Source: Ramazzottius varieornatus
Lineage: Eukaryota > Animalia > Tardigrada
DNA length: 64,000 nt
Assembly: GCA_001949185.1 (NCBI GenBank)
Contig: BDGG01000017.1
Span: 62,001 to 126,000 of the forward strand
Direction: 5' to 3'
The notes beneath the pieces are model-generated. The model searched no databases. It was not told where the DNA came from and saw nothing but the letters and a program-made list of their open reading frames with translations. Made by a program: the position numbers and the translations under genes. Below, in pieces: positions 37,044 through 50,210 of the stretch (position 1 is its first letter; each line of letters starts with the position of its first letter).

Positions 37044-40000
37044 CTATAGTTGGGGCTCGATCCAGTAGACGTCCATTAGTCCTTTTCCTTTGACTTCGAT
37101 GTTGCCGCGGTGGACCACTTTGAATAATGGGCTTTCAGGCAAGAGTTCTTTCGTTTTCTGCGTACACTGGATCTTCCCGGCTGTCATCGTACAATGTTAG
37201 CCTCGAGCAGACTGTAGACTTTTCATTGCAAAAGAATATTCGATCGACTGACAGGTCTCACCTATGCTATTTGTCTCCATTCGAGAAGCAGTGTTGACCG
37301 TGTCGCCGAATCTGAAAAATTCATCTTCGACGAACAGCACGCACAATGTTCCACAACGAGCTACGGCATGTTAGGTCGAAACGTACATGCAGTATTTCGG
37401 TAATTTGGAGCCAACTATCCCAGCTACACAAGGACCTGCAATAAAACCCTCAGGCTGGAGCTACACAGCGGCAAAGAGGGGAAAGCCTGCCAAACCGCGT
37501 ACCTGTGTGCATTCCGACTCGTAACCGCAAGATGTGTGATGGGGCCAACGACAGTTTGGTATTCGCCACGCTCTTCAACAGGCCCACCGCCGTCTCCGCG
37601 ATTTCAGTGGCATGAGTACCATTGCGGTTCGGTAATCCGCTAACTAGCTGTAAATTACGAAACCTAAGCAAAAGGGGGCGCAAAAGAGTTGAGGAAACTC
37701 AAACCAGAAGGGCGTCGTAGAGGCATTCAACCCGGAAGACGTCCCGTTGCTCCACGATGGTCTCGTATGTATCCTGCAGAATATTCAGCGCGTCCAGGTA
37801 GTCATGCGGCCTGGAAGCCAGACTTTTGACGAAGTTGGCAAAGCCTGGAATGTCGGCGAAACAGACGGTAACACATTCGAAAGTCTCCGGTGCGGATATC
37901 GTGCCTTGGATGAGAGACTTGGCGATTGATCTGCAAAGAAACGGGAAAGCGGGTTCAAAAGCCAGTTGATGATGCGTAGAACTAGTCTGCAAATCGAGCG
38001 ATAGATTCTCCTACTTTGGTAGAATCTGATCGAGGATGTTTCTGGATCGTTCTTTTTCCTCCATAAACTGGTTGGTCTTTTGTTCGACCTGCTTTTCCAG
38101 CTCGAGCGAATATTTCTCCATCTTCTTGATCAGATGATCGACTAAACCAACCGTCGATATCTTGTTCCTAACCAGCATTTGCAACATGGAGGCCTTGAAC
38201 ATGGCGAAAGACGGTCTTAGTGAGGGGTCCTCTTGCCAGCATTCCTCCAGCAAGTCGCGCATCTCCGGCGCAGTAACCGAAGCAGGCAACGGTGGCCGCA
38301 ATGGCGGCGTACTTCCTCGTTTGACCTCCATGACGATGTCGCGGACGGGAACGCTGGAGCGGTTCTCGCTCAGCTTGCCCATCTTGAATGGGTCAGATTG
38401 GAGGAGAATCTGTTGGACAATGATGGCGAAACTGTAAATGTCGCCTTTCTGACTGCCGGATGGTGGCATCCGTTCACGAAGGTGTTCGGGGGCTCGCCAC
38501 AAGTAGAAATACAGTTGCTTGTCGCTCATGTTGTCGGTGGGCGGGACAAGCCAGTTTGGACTGACAAGGACCGGCATTCCGTAACCGCTGATCTTCAGGA
38601 CGAAGCGGCCATCGATCAAGCAGTGAAAAGATGACAAAATGCCATGAGACTTGACAACTGTCGTTTGCAGATATGCCATTCCCTGGGACGAGAATCCAAA
38701 CACTGCTTAGACAATCTAGAAATCAGGACTTTTTCTTTCGAATTGTGCATTACCGAAACGAGGTTTTCGACGAGGGAATATTTGAACTGAAAATCCAGAT
38801 CAAACTTGTCGTCGTGGATCAAGTGATGGAGAGTACCACGACTGCACAACTCGCCCAACACAGCTTGGCACTTGTTGTCGTCATCGATCAAGATGCCGAC
38901 AATTTTCTGCAAGTTCCAGTGTTGTAGCATCTGCACCTGAAAAGGAGGGTGAGGTCGGGAGGTCATTAGCATGACTTATTCGTTGTACTGGCCCGATGAA
39001 CGCACAAGTTTGACTTCTCGGTGGACGTTGTACGAATCCCGCTGACGAGGTTCCGGCAGCTGTCGAGCTTGCAGGGGCATGCCATGGTACAGGTACACCT
39101 TACCGATCCTGTCTTCCAGTGCCGCGTAGTCCATCGGCGCAACAGACGAGCCTGACGTATCGGCCATGCGGCTTTTGGCTTTTTCTTCCGTCATACCCAC
39201 CTGATCATGAAACGTTACCACACCTTGGTTCATCCGTGCAATACTCAGTGAACAGTAGCGAAAACTGCAAATTTGATCAGTGCTTTAAACTGACCGATCT
39301 GCTCAAGATGGTTGCCGTCATTGTCGTTTCGCTCCTTTCAGATGTCCTGCTGACTTCCTCCACATCGCTATGGTAAATTTTCCAAACCGTAGAGCTTTCC
39401 CTTTCTTGCAGCTGCCATCTACAAATGTTGCCGATATGAATGCTTCAGCCAGCTAGGGAAAATGTTACGTGTTCGGTCATTACCGTCGAACTCCAAAAAG
39501 GGCTCCTAGCACGACCACCACCGCCACGAGTGACAAGGACACTACCACGGGTATCGCCACGTTACCAGTGTGGACGAGACACGCTGGGTCGTCTCCCGTG
39601 AAACCACACAAGGGCTGGTTGGGTGGAAGCTGACCCCCACCGCTAGGCCAGTCTTTCAAGTCGCCCAACCTATCGACTTTGCCGTCGTCAACGAACGTGG
39701 GTAGAAATCCCAAGTACGGCTACAAAAGATGAAGCTTTCGAAAGGATTAGCCTCTTCCGGTACCAGTGCGTAATTTTTTTCGGAATTAGTGAATCATTTT
39801 AGGCGTTCATTAGTTGTCAAAACACCTCCATTACCTCGAATGACCCGCTGGTGGGAACAAAAGTGTTGATCAGGTAACACCACCCCCGCTCGGACTCATT
39901 GTTCAGCTTGATTTGGCCACTTATCGGGCTGACAAAGCTATAGCTGTTCGCTTTTCTTCCAAAAACTTCGCTGCTTTTATAATCGCGCCCCACAGCAATC

Positions 40001-41443
40001 AAGTCCTTGACAATATTCCCATAAAAGACAATGGTTTCGTAGGAATGAACCACTACCGGATCCACCTACAACAACACATGTTTGCCTGCGAAAGGCCGCG
40101 GACAAAGAAGCTTCTCGTCTTACCACACGGGAACCTTCGAGGGTATAGTTGTAACGTTTCAAGGAAAGCCTTTTGACGTCTTCCCAAAAGACGTCACTGC
40201 TATCGGTGGGTGGCCGATACAGTGAAACGAGCAGCAAACAGCCAAATGCGCTGCGTGCCCTTTCGTCGTCTTCATCGCCCTTGCGCCAAGTGAAACTTCC
40301 CCACACCGGGCTGGGGTACAGCTCAACGGCCAGAAAGACCTACTCAAGACATCGCCGTGATACTTTTACTTGTAACCTACACTAGAAAGCATGCTATTCC
40401 GCTTACAAAATCTCCATTTGTTAGACCTTCCTCTTGCGCTACAATCTAAGGTCAAAGGATTAGCTTGAGGTCATGATACGATGACTTTTCTTCTTGTCAA
40501 CTGGTGGACGATATCGATATCGGATAGGCTTACCATGGCTGCCCGTATGATGTCCGCATTGGCAATCCACAGAATTACTATTTGTAAACGCGACTGTGAT
40601 TATTGTGCAAAATCGTATTCTTGCTGCACAAATTTTGACAACGAAGTGCGAAATACGCACCACGACTAATCTTTGCATATTGGCGCAGCTTGGTGTGCAT
40701 TAAGGGGATGTTTGGTTCGCGGGGAGACTGTATGGAAGCAAATTTCGACGTCCTGTACAGATCCCAATAGCGTTCTTTCATCACACTAACTAGAACGGTA
40801 TTCAACTCCTTGAAAAAGCTGGCGTCATAGTCTTGAAGGAATACAGGCGTGGTGTAGTTTTGATAGATGAGAAAGTGGGCAACGACATCCGATATCGATG
40901 TGTAGGTAATGGATAACCTGGAAATAGATCATGCCTTAACCACACCTTGTTGAAGAAAGGTCGGCAGTCCTGACTGAAGGCCTTCATTTTATTGCATAAC
41001 CTCATCCCATACCGGACCATGTTTTCATATTCAGAAAAGGGAGCGCTGATTCCGGCTGCGGCAGCCGGAAGTCCGATCATTGGGGTATCGTAAAAGTCCG
41101 CCACATCATAAAGTATTTCGGCGGCAGCTCCGCATCCGGGTCCGACGTAGACATTACAGTCAACTGCCGATTCGCGCAGCTGCATGGCGTAGCCGATAAT
41201 GTGCTGCTTAGCGGAGCAAGATGTGCCGATGTCCACGTAGTGAGTTGTCAAGACGTGGCTGGACGGAAGTACGTTGTCGTTGACGTACTGGACACCCATC
41301 TCGATGGCAGCACGGCTGCGGTCATAGTCAAAGATGGTCGACGTGTTCCGTTCTAGCAGCAGACAGACGGCTATTTCCGTTACCGGCTGGCTACGAACTG
41401 TTCCAAAGATGTACACGAAAGCGGACAACACCCAATGGTTCAT
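37044..41443 (-). CDS. Receptor (membrane) guanylyl cyclase, natriuretic-peptide-receptor-like (multi-exon)
   Basis: Signal MNHWVLSAF; ANF-type ectodomain (YVGPGC); juxtamembrane P.CGF.G; TM helix; kinase-homology domain (HG.L.S..CLID.RFVLKI, WRAPE, GDIYSF.I); coiled coil; cyclase (VTVCFADI.GF, LRVGMHTG, YC.FGDTVNTASRME). Confidence 0.92.
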
Positions 41444-41713
41444 TTGATCAGACTTAACATAGAAAATACGAGCTCGATTCAAGAAGGCTCTAAAGTATGC
41501 TTTAGATATTGCACGAACCGAACATCGAACAGCAGGAAAAATCGGCTGTAATTGTAAAATGCGATATCCATCGCGCTGTAGGATTGGTTCAGCAAATAAC
41601 AGGTATAGATTGGCCTTTAGGGAGATGTTAGAGATTCGCTAAAAGCCGGTGACACTGTGTATGTACTGACGTGATTATGGTAATACAACAGCTTTTCAGT
41701 CACAGGATTATGG

Positions 41714-41749
41714 ATGGCATTTATGGCATTTATGGCATTTATGGCATTT
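41714..41749. repeat. Tandem repeat (ATGGCATTT)x4
   Basis: Read directly; lies ~270 bp upstream of the guanylyl cyclase start. Confidence 0.85.
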
Positions 41750-42906
41750 ATTATCGTGTCATAAGGCTCCTGCATTATGTGTTCATTTGGCAAAGAAGCC
41801 TGTAAAGTACAACGACTGCAAAGCTCATATCCCCCTGGAATTATAGAAAGGAGGCGTTGTCACCCACGTGCACTTGACTGTACAAATTTGTAACAATCGA
41901 AATAGTCAGATGGCGACCACCAGTTATTTACAGTACCGCACACTTCTTTGGTTGACAAGGGAATTAAAGCAAAAAATAAGCCGCCTCTTACCCACAAACT
42001 AGGATCACTGGTGGGTAGAGAAGAGTTTCCTTCGTCGTTTGAGCCAATAACCTAGACCCATTGCCGTTTAAACTACGAAACACGGAAGTAACGAAAATAT
42101 GGCAAAATCTCGCAATCAGTCACCAAGACCATTATAAAGCGGCTAAATTTTCGTCACTTCAGGGTCCTGCTGTTCAGTCCTGGAACGGCAATGGGTCTAG
42201 GTTTTCGGCTCAGACGACGAAGGAAACCCTCTTCTATCCTCTAGTGATCCGGTTTTGTGGACCAGAGGTGGTGCATCGCATTAATCCCCTTGTCAGTATG
42301 ATGTGTTGTTATAATTGAAGCGCGATCCATTAAGATTATAAAGACGGAAACACTAGTCCGTGAACATGTATACGAAAATCGAAGACAACAAAGCTTCGAC
42401 TGTGCGAAAGTCCTTGAGCGTGGAATGTTTGACGGCCATGTATAGTGTCCACACGATTCGACATGCAATACTCTTCAAAAGTCATGAAGGATTCCGGCGT
42501 GGATAGTCTTTGTTCAATGACATTAATGACACCCTACGGAAGCTATCGATCTCTCAAGTCAGGCTCAGCTTTGCCTGACATACCCTGGCCGCAAACGAGG
42601 TACATCCGCCAGAAGGACCCCTAACAGCCCAAAAGATAACCCACATGCTTCGAAACCTGGATCGGAATCATAAGGGAACCCGCAACACTGACAGGGAAGA
42701 ATAAATATCCCGCGAGTCGTCTCAGCCCGTATGAACACGGAGGTCTCGTGAAAACGACCGGAAACGACCGGCTCTCAACCGTGAAAGATATCAACTAAAG
42801 TTCGAATGGCTGTCTGAGTCAAGCCTTGCACGCGAGATCATCTGTGAAGCTGAATTTCACTGCAATGCAAATTTTATAGATCTAGGTCTCTTCGCTATAC
42901 AAAAGC

Positions 42907-43465
42907 ACGGACCAGGCCCTTTCGCTACGGCGGCACGGGCAGGTGATTCTTGCTGCAAGTAAAAACCAGCATCGAAGGCTTCACTGCTGTACGTACGTGC
43001 TGGACATTGGGCCGAGGAGCTAAAACATGCCGAATTGATATTTATTGTGTGGTATCTTCGACATAACGTAGGACGGTGCTGCGCGGAAGTTTGAAGACTG
43101 GAGCTGCTTCGCGTAGTGCCATTCCATTCCCAACAGCAGATAGAGCATCCTTCAGGGCTTCTTCGGTGTATCGTCGATACCGTTTGGTCTTGAAGGTCAA
43201 AAACGCTCACGGAAAGGATATCGGGACAAGGAGTCCAGAGCTTCTCCGAGAGAAAGTTGAATGGTTATGCACAGTGAAACAGCTGATCAGCTGACGGCCA
43301 CTGTCCATGACAATTTTCTACGGTTGATTTTTTCTACGTTACGTCATTTATCCGATTTCTGTTCAAATTATTTCTGTTCGATCAACTTCTGTACAATTTA
43401 TAAATCTGCCGTCTTTTCCGCCTGGCCCGTAATTTTTACTGGCCCGTAATATGTCGTCGTACGTG
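42907..43465. mobile_element. MITE family A, inverted long copy of 34149-34589 (one end truncated)
   Basis: Reverse-complement match to the 34149-34589 internal blocks (gccgtagcgaaagggcc, gtccatgacaattttctacggt) and to the TIR ending cgtg|TA. Confidence 0.78.
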
Positions 43466-44071
43466 TACTGAGATTACAGTGTACTGAGAATACAGTGGCA
43501 TGTTTCCACGAATAATATCCACCTTGTATCGAACACGCTGCCTGAAAAATGGAAAAGATCTGGATTTTTCCTTTACTTCCGTCATCTCTTTCTGCAGCTT
43601 AGAATGGTCTCCTGGCAGAAGGTCCCCATGATCCATCGGTCTCCAGTCCGTCAGAACGAAACTTGAACTGGTTCCCGATGTCCCGATACTTCGCCATCTT
43701 TATGTTTTCGGCGGCAGAACCGTCTTTGACCGTAGACACGACAGACTTCTTTATGGCCAGAGTACCCCGTGAAGGATTTTTGTACTAGGTATACGTGGCA
43801 GATATGGTTATCCAGTCATCAACCACATTGACATTATCATAAATTATCAAATAGCCGATTCCGTATCTTGTCAACTAGCTGCCGTATCTCAAGTGATAGT
43901 TTATTTGAAATCGGCTCGACTTGAGGTGACTTCACATGGGACTGTGGGGCGTGCAATGATTTACCCTTTAACAGTTTAAGACGCTGCTTGACGCGTACGG
44001 TTGCAAACAGTGGGCACTTTCGGAGGTTCGCTTGAACTTTGACTGCCGGAAGTAGCGCGAGAGTTCTCATA

Positions 44072-45176
44072 ATGGAGTTCCTCTTGTCCCTTCACCACCC
44101 AGCCTGCACCGGATACCTGACTCTACTGGGGACAGCCTTCACCGGAATCGCAGGAAATCCTGTTAGCACTTATGAGACGAACAAGACTGTGGCGAATGTG
44201 GTTAGGACTGAGCCGAAGTTCTTCGATGGAGAATACTATCCATCATCCATCCTGCAACTAGCTTACTCCCCTCTGGGTTCGACCCGGCCTGGTAAACCTA
44301 TTGTGTCTTGTAAGTCCCTCACAGACACCATGCATAGGGATGACCGAATTGGTTCTAGAGTGCACGTAAGATAGGAAAGTATGGGACAGGCCTTTTCGCT
44401 ACAGCGGTACGGAAGCACGTACTCATGTACACGACCGATTCACAGTAATACACTTTTCGACACTTTTCTACGGTTGATTTTCCATTTTGCCGTTCTTTCC
44501 GCTTGTCCCATAATCTCCCATCGGGTTTGCACGCTTTTGTTGTTGTCTGCTGCAGCTATGTTATTGCTTGGACTTATCCTCTTAGCCACCAGCATTCCAC
44601 TTCCGCAAGACAACGGTCATCCTGCACTGATAGCCGCTCTAGTGTTCGTGATAATTTTTATCGTCGCTATGTCAATTGTTTATCACCGTCACAAGTGAGT
44701 GGAACTGTTCGCCGAACTGTGTAAACTGTGGAGAGAGTTGGATACTAATTTTCAGGGCGAAAAAGTGCTACCTTCAAGGAAGAGCTGACGCAGTAGCCGA
44801 GCTGCCACCACCGTTACCCAGAAGACCAAACGCATGGGCCTTAAATCCAGCACCAGGCGAGTACGTAGAATCAAACGAGGCCCAGACTCCGAAAGAAATT
44901 TCGAAACTGTCCCGGCTAGCAAGGCAGAGGGTGAATAATGTGTACTCTCAACCTACACTGGTACCGGATTCGAAACCTCGGCTATCTTTTCACGAGTACG
45001 ACGAGATGGCAACAGCTGGAAACTACACCGCAGCCTCCCAGAAGGAGGCTGCGCCGCCTATCCCCGCCTCACCCCAGACCGCTCATGGAGATACCACAGA
45101 AGAGCGACCTGGCACCGAGACGCGACCCACGCCGATCTACGAGGAGATTGGTCCACGTGGTCTCAAACATAATTAG
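44072..45176 (+). CDS. Single-pass membrane protein with short ectodomain and Tyr/Pro-motif cytoplasmic tail (3 exons; intron 1 contains a MITE)
   Basis: Exon 1 ends in a phase-1 GTAAAC donor; TM ALIAALVFVIIFIVAMSIVY; HRHK|AKKC junction via GTGAGT..TTTCAG; tail has PPPLPRR, VYSQP, EYDEM and IYEEI. Confidence 0.7.
44362..44531. mobile_element. MITE family A, short copy (intronic)
   Basis: atgggacagg ... tgtcccataat inverted ends and shared internal blocks. Confidence 0.65.
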
Positions 45177-45253
45177 GCCGAAAGTAAACCACTGCTCTTT
45201 ATACCGGAAGATCATTATCGATATTGTATTCACGAGAACGATCGGACGACGTA

Positions 45254-45460
45254 CACGCGCGACAGGAAAGTTTGGAACAGTAAAAAGTTTGGAAAGTTTG
45301 GAAACGTGTAAAAAGTTCGGAACAGGCGATTCCGAAACAGCGGAACGGAAGTTCGTACGTGCTTGTGTAATTCACACCAATGCACTTTTCGACGATTTTC
45401 TACAGTTGAATTTCTGTTTATCGTCTCTTCAGCCTGTTCCAAACTTTCCCTTCGCGCGTG
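45254..45460. mobile_element. MITE related to family A (TA|CAC...GTG|TA)
   Basis: cacgcgcgacaggaaagtttggaacag is inverted against ctgttccaaactttcccttcgcgcgtg; internal aatgcacttttcgac block. Confidence 0.7.
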
Positions 45461-45759
45461 TACATCATAGGAAGAAAATTACTTCTAAGCTTGATGTAGA
45501 GTTGGATGACCTGAATATCAAGTGCCACGGGAAAGAATCTCCTCCAAGGAGGCGGAAATTAAGTCGAGTTTCGTTACATTCGGTGAGGGACTCGAGCTGA
45601 TGAGCAACGAGCTGTCCAGTCTCCACCAAAACGTGTCGATTTCGCCGGTCGAGCGAGTGTACCACCTGACGTGAGAGAGAATCATGGACGATTGGGTAGA
45701 AACCCGTGGTGACTGATGTCCACGGTATCTTTACCTCCAAATCACAGAGGACATCAGTA

Positions 45760-46077
45760 CGAGGTAAAGGTTGTAAACTTAGCCACCCCATACTGGGTTT
45801 GTAAAGTCAGCTACGGCTGTGGCGCCTATCGCTTGATTGACTATTTGATTGTCAGTCTTGGCTGTTTAACATGAGATTTCAACGTTCTTTTAATTGCGGA
45901 TCTCTCGGATTCTCTGACTTCTCGTGTTGACTGTGCCTATTACCATTCGACAGCTCATTATTTTATCTTTCGATCTATCCTTAAAAGTTTGGGATTGAGT
46001 AGTAGAGAACAGGCGAACTTAGACGGCTAACTTTACAAACCCGGTATGGGGCGGCTAACTTTACAACCTTTCCCTCG
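45760..46077. mobile_element. mariner-like MITE family B, copy 1
   Basis: TA|CGAGGTAAAGGTTGTAAA ... TTTACAACCTTTCCCTCG|TA; a closely similar inverted copy lies at 52110-52399. Confidence 0.85.
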
Positions 46078-46551
46078 TACAGCCTCTGTCAAACCAGCCA
46101 GTATTCCAGTCACATACTGTAAATCCGATGATGTTGTGTTGAGTGTCTACGGTGCTGTGCTGCGAATTCTTGACTACAAAAACAAAATCAAATAAAGTGT
46201 GAGATCGCGTACACCCTGATTATGCTGTATAACGACAAGCGTCGCAAGCTAGAGCTTATTCTTAAGACAGATAGTAATTGGTGCTGTGCTTACTTGATGG
46301 ACAGTTAACATTGGTACCGGGGTTACCACATGACGGTCTATTCGGAACCGGTGATAGGCCATGCGGACAGTCAAGTTCATTCAGGTCTTATCGCGCCACT
46401 CGTGATAGATCTCGAACGACGCCACTCGGGATACAGCAGATGTCGAATGAGTACATCCTGAGAATACACAGTAGCCGGCATCTTATCTATGTTGTACGCT
46501 TATTGAGTTTCATGTTGCTATTTATATGTAAGTGTCTGTTGAAACCAGATA

Positions 46552-46870
46552 CACGCAGGACGAGAAATTATGGTAAAGTAAATATTATGGGACAGGCCTG
46601 TTCGCTACAGCGGTACCAAAGCACGTACACGTGCCTGGCCTAAATGTGNNNNNNNNNNNNNNNNNNNNNNNNNNNNNNNNNNNNNNNNNNNNNNNNNNAG
46701 TCGCTTTCGCTCCGTTCCCCACATTTTTGTCCATCCCCACATTTACGCCAGGCGCGTGTACTGATGTAAGCGACCGGTTCACAGTAATGCACTTTTCGAC
46801 ACTTTTCTACGGTCGAATTTCCATTTTGCCGTTCTTTCCGGCTGTCCCATAATTTTTACTGTACCGTAAT
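46552..46870. mobile_element. MITE family A copy spanning the assembly gap
   Basis: TA|CACGCAGGACGAGAAATTATGG...atgggacaggcc and tgtcccataatttttactgtaccgtaat. Confidence 0.65.
46649..46698. other. Assembly gap (50 N)
   Basis: Run of N in the sequence. Confidence 0.99.
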
Positions 46871-48527
46871 ACGTACCTGGAAGAGGCGGCCTGTTGGATC
46901 AAGCTGCGTCAGATGGACAGTGACTAAGTCAGTGCTTTGCCGGACTCGTCAATCGTGACTGCTCTCACCTCGTTCGATATCGTCCGATTTATCATGAACT
47001 TGGTTGTGACCTACCCGTCCGACAAGTTTGCGCTGTCATCTTCATTATACAGTTTTTTGTGTAATTGTTGATTTGTTGATCAGACCCCTCTCAAGTCAGT
47101 CACGTGACTAGGTAGTAAAAATCCTTTCCACCAAACCGCTGTCTGAATCTACCAAAACGGAGGCTGGGAAGGGAGGCTGGGAACGGAAGGTATGAATTTT
47201 CGCATGAGAGGGTAGGGGGTTGGTCAATATTGGGAGACAGTGTACTAGTGTAGAAACAGTTGCTTTTCGGGTCCACCACTACCACCAAGTTTCTCCGCGA
47301 GTACCTCTTCACGATGCCGACATAAGCATGCACGCACCTTTCCGCCGAGTTCACACCAGTGGTGATCCAGGTCGGTGCTCTAATTCGATCCCCAATGGCC
47401 GGTGACGAAACTCCGTTAAAAACACCATTAAACAGCTGTGAAAGCCTGCTTGATGGTTTTCCACCACAAGGTTACAGCAGCATCAAGGTGAATCGGGCAA
47501 CGTTGTGCCTGGTGATCATCGGTGTATTCCATTCTTTGGCTAGTCTGGCGAGTTTCGTACCTTCCGAGCACCCTGAAATCGGTAAGCAACTTGACTTGTG
47601 TGCACCATACCTCTGTCCAGTTCCACTGCCCCTTACTGGTGTTAATTGAGCGCAATGATGTCAGCCAACGAACTTCTAACAAACTGTAGTGCGTTGCGGC
47701 TGATCTTTTTTCAACTAAGGCCTCCCAAACCGGACAAAAGTGGACGGTTGGCTCGAAAGCCAGGTGCTGCATGACATTCATACTGGGATACATCAACAGA
47801 CGAACGTTTTGCATCGCCGAAGCGAAAGCTGTTCTGTGTAGTATAAACATAGGCGATCCCGATCGGCGCCACATGGATAACTAGGGTCAGAATACTGATA
47901 CGCAAGGGCCTGCAAAAAGTGGGTGACGTCACACGGAAGACGACTATAGCGGTAATGCTGACTATGCGATAAAGTCTCATATTCTACGTCGACGAAAACT
48001 CTGGCTTTTGTGGCAAACCGGCCTGTGTATTTTCAATATTTCAGGACCGAGGCTTGATCAGTCGTGATACAGAACTTAGGCGAAAGGCATGCAGGAAACG
48101 TTTATCGCGACGAAACTAGCTTATCATCTCGTGTCATGCGCATTGTAAACGATAATGGACAATTAGTTGACAAAACGGAAAGCTGAAATGCTAGGTGAGA
48201 TGTATCCCGAGTACCGAAAATTAGCCGTATGAGTCGGGTAGCAAAGCATTAGAAAAGGCGTCTTTCTGTAAAAACGAGCTTCGTTCAATTACTGCTTTTA
48301 TTTCTCCATCAGCACAGCTCGCCAAGTAAAGGTGACCTTTCGTAAGCAGCTATGGAGATTTGTCAAGGTTCACCGGATGCCGCCAGACCTGTAATAATTC
48401 AACAAGCTAAACGTCACGTTGCTGGCAAATTCATCTGATCTTATCATCTCAGTTTACTCCTTTCTACAAACCCATCAGAAACTCGATTTTGATTTTCAGC
48501 TTCCATTCTGTGTCTGTATTTGGATAG

Positions 48528-50007
48528 ATGGAGAATCAGTCGGTTTCAACTGGGCCGAGCGACGAACCGGTTGTCGTATCGAGTAATCCATCCAGCACCG
48601 GTCAAAAAGGGCGCCCAAGAACTCCAACATACTCCAGTGCTCAATTCTCCGACCCAATGCTGAACAACGCTGCCTCGACTTCCAGTCATACCTCTTTCAG
48701 TCATAACGTCTCGTCCCAGCACGGAGTCAATGTTCTACCAAATACCAGTCAAAATGGGTCGACGAAACCATCGACGCAGGCTAATCCCCAATACCCCCAT
48801 CAAAAACTAGACGACGTCTCCTCCAACCTGAGTCATGTCTCTTCCAGCCAGAGCATGCGATCACAGACCGCTTCCAAGCACAAGCATGCCCGCGACTGTC
48901 AAAGCTCGCTCTTCATGAATGAGTTGGAGAGAGAAAAAGAAGCTGCTCGCTTCCGCGCTCAACAAGCCAGCGAAGAGCCACAACCGAAACCCAAGCTACT
49001 TAAACCCAAGAGGGACACGGTTATACCGATGATGATCCCCTCGTCATCTGTTGCACCAGAGATGTATATCATGCGGAAACCCAACGCTTGGATGCGTCGC
49101 AAATTTGCTCACCCACATGTCAGTTCATAGACCAAAACAACCACATTTCCTTCCGGTATGATTTTCAGCGGTTATCTTTGTACAGAGAAGGGTATCGCCC
49201 ACTTCGGGGCGCATAGTGGACTATCCAGCAAAAGCCGTATCTTCTGTCAACGAAGTCGCTCGCTACGTCGAATACAACAAAGTCCAGGACCCGATGTTGA
49301 ACCACGCCGCCTACATCGAAGCTCATCGAGCTCGCGTACACAAAATTGTCCGCAACCGAAGAGGAGGTAGCGTAGTTCCAACTCGGAAGCAATATCACCC
49401 CTCAAGCCTAAGGGGGTGTTATACTGTACTCTTGAGTGTATACGTAAAGACTGAAAGTCTGACTTGCGAAAATTCTTTGCGCAGCTGTCGACACCGGTCC
49501 GCCACAAACGATGGGGAAATACGTCAGGTACGTCGCGTTAGACTTCACTTCAACCTTTTTTGATATGTACAGTACTAGCTATGTCTGAGAATTTACTGTC
49601 TGGATGGTTTATAGCAAGTGGAAAGTAAAGCAACGATGGCAACAAACCAACATTATGCGCGATAACTTTTGGCTGTTCGAAACACTACTCCGGTCGAGGA
49701 CCGCGTACGATCATCAGGCCGACCAAAAGAAGCACCTCGTAAGTATTAAATCCATGGGTAAGTATTAAATCCATGGGAAGGCTTTACTGCCTGGTGATCC
49801 GGATAGCTGGCCGCTGATCACCTTGCATTGTAGGAGCACAAGATAGCTATGGAGAAACGACTTAGGGACGCCAAGATTTACCTTCGAACTTACAAGGGCT
49901 ATCGCAATGTCAAGGTGGGACACCGCCTTGTCAAGACCGTTACTGTGGTGAAGTACAACGGCTTACAAGGACCCGACGTACGGACCAGCGCCGACCCAAG
50001 ATACTGA
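48528..50007 (+). CDS. Hypothetical multi-exon protein: Ser-rich N-terminus, basic C-terminus with a weak CFAP97/hemingway-like motif; last junction unresolved
   Basis: 200-codon first exon; spliced HRARVHKI...VDTGPPQT...IMRDN resembles the CFAP97-domain H..RV...VDT..P...I.RDN pattern (from memory). I could not join the last exon cleanly in frame. Confidence 0.5.
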
Positions 50008-50210
50008 GCGGTTTCGTACTTATCGATGGTACATTTCATAAGCAGCGTCTTCCTTTGATCTACCAAATGTGATATTATCAGTTAGTTTATTTTGTTTGCT
50101 TTTCATTTCTGGAGAGGTTTTCTCCTACTCAAAACATATGTTTTATCATCGGTCGTCGTCGTTCTAAATTCTGGCGAAAAATAGATTTGCGATTTGAAAT
50201 AATGTGATGC

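Noticed and set aside
32848-41443. Globin plus guanylyl cyclase as a gas-sensing module
   Set aside because: The cyclase is a receptor type with no H-NOX domain; adjacency alone is not evidence.
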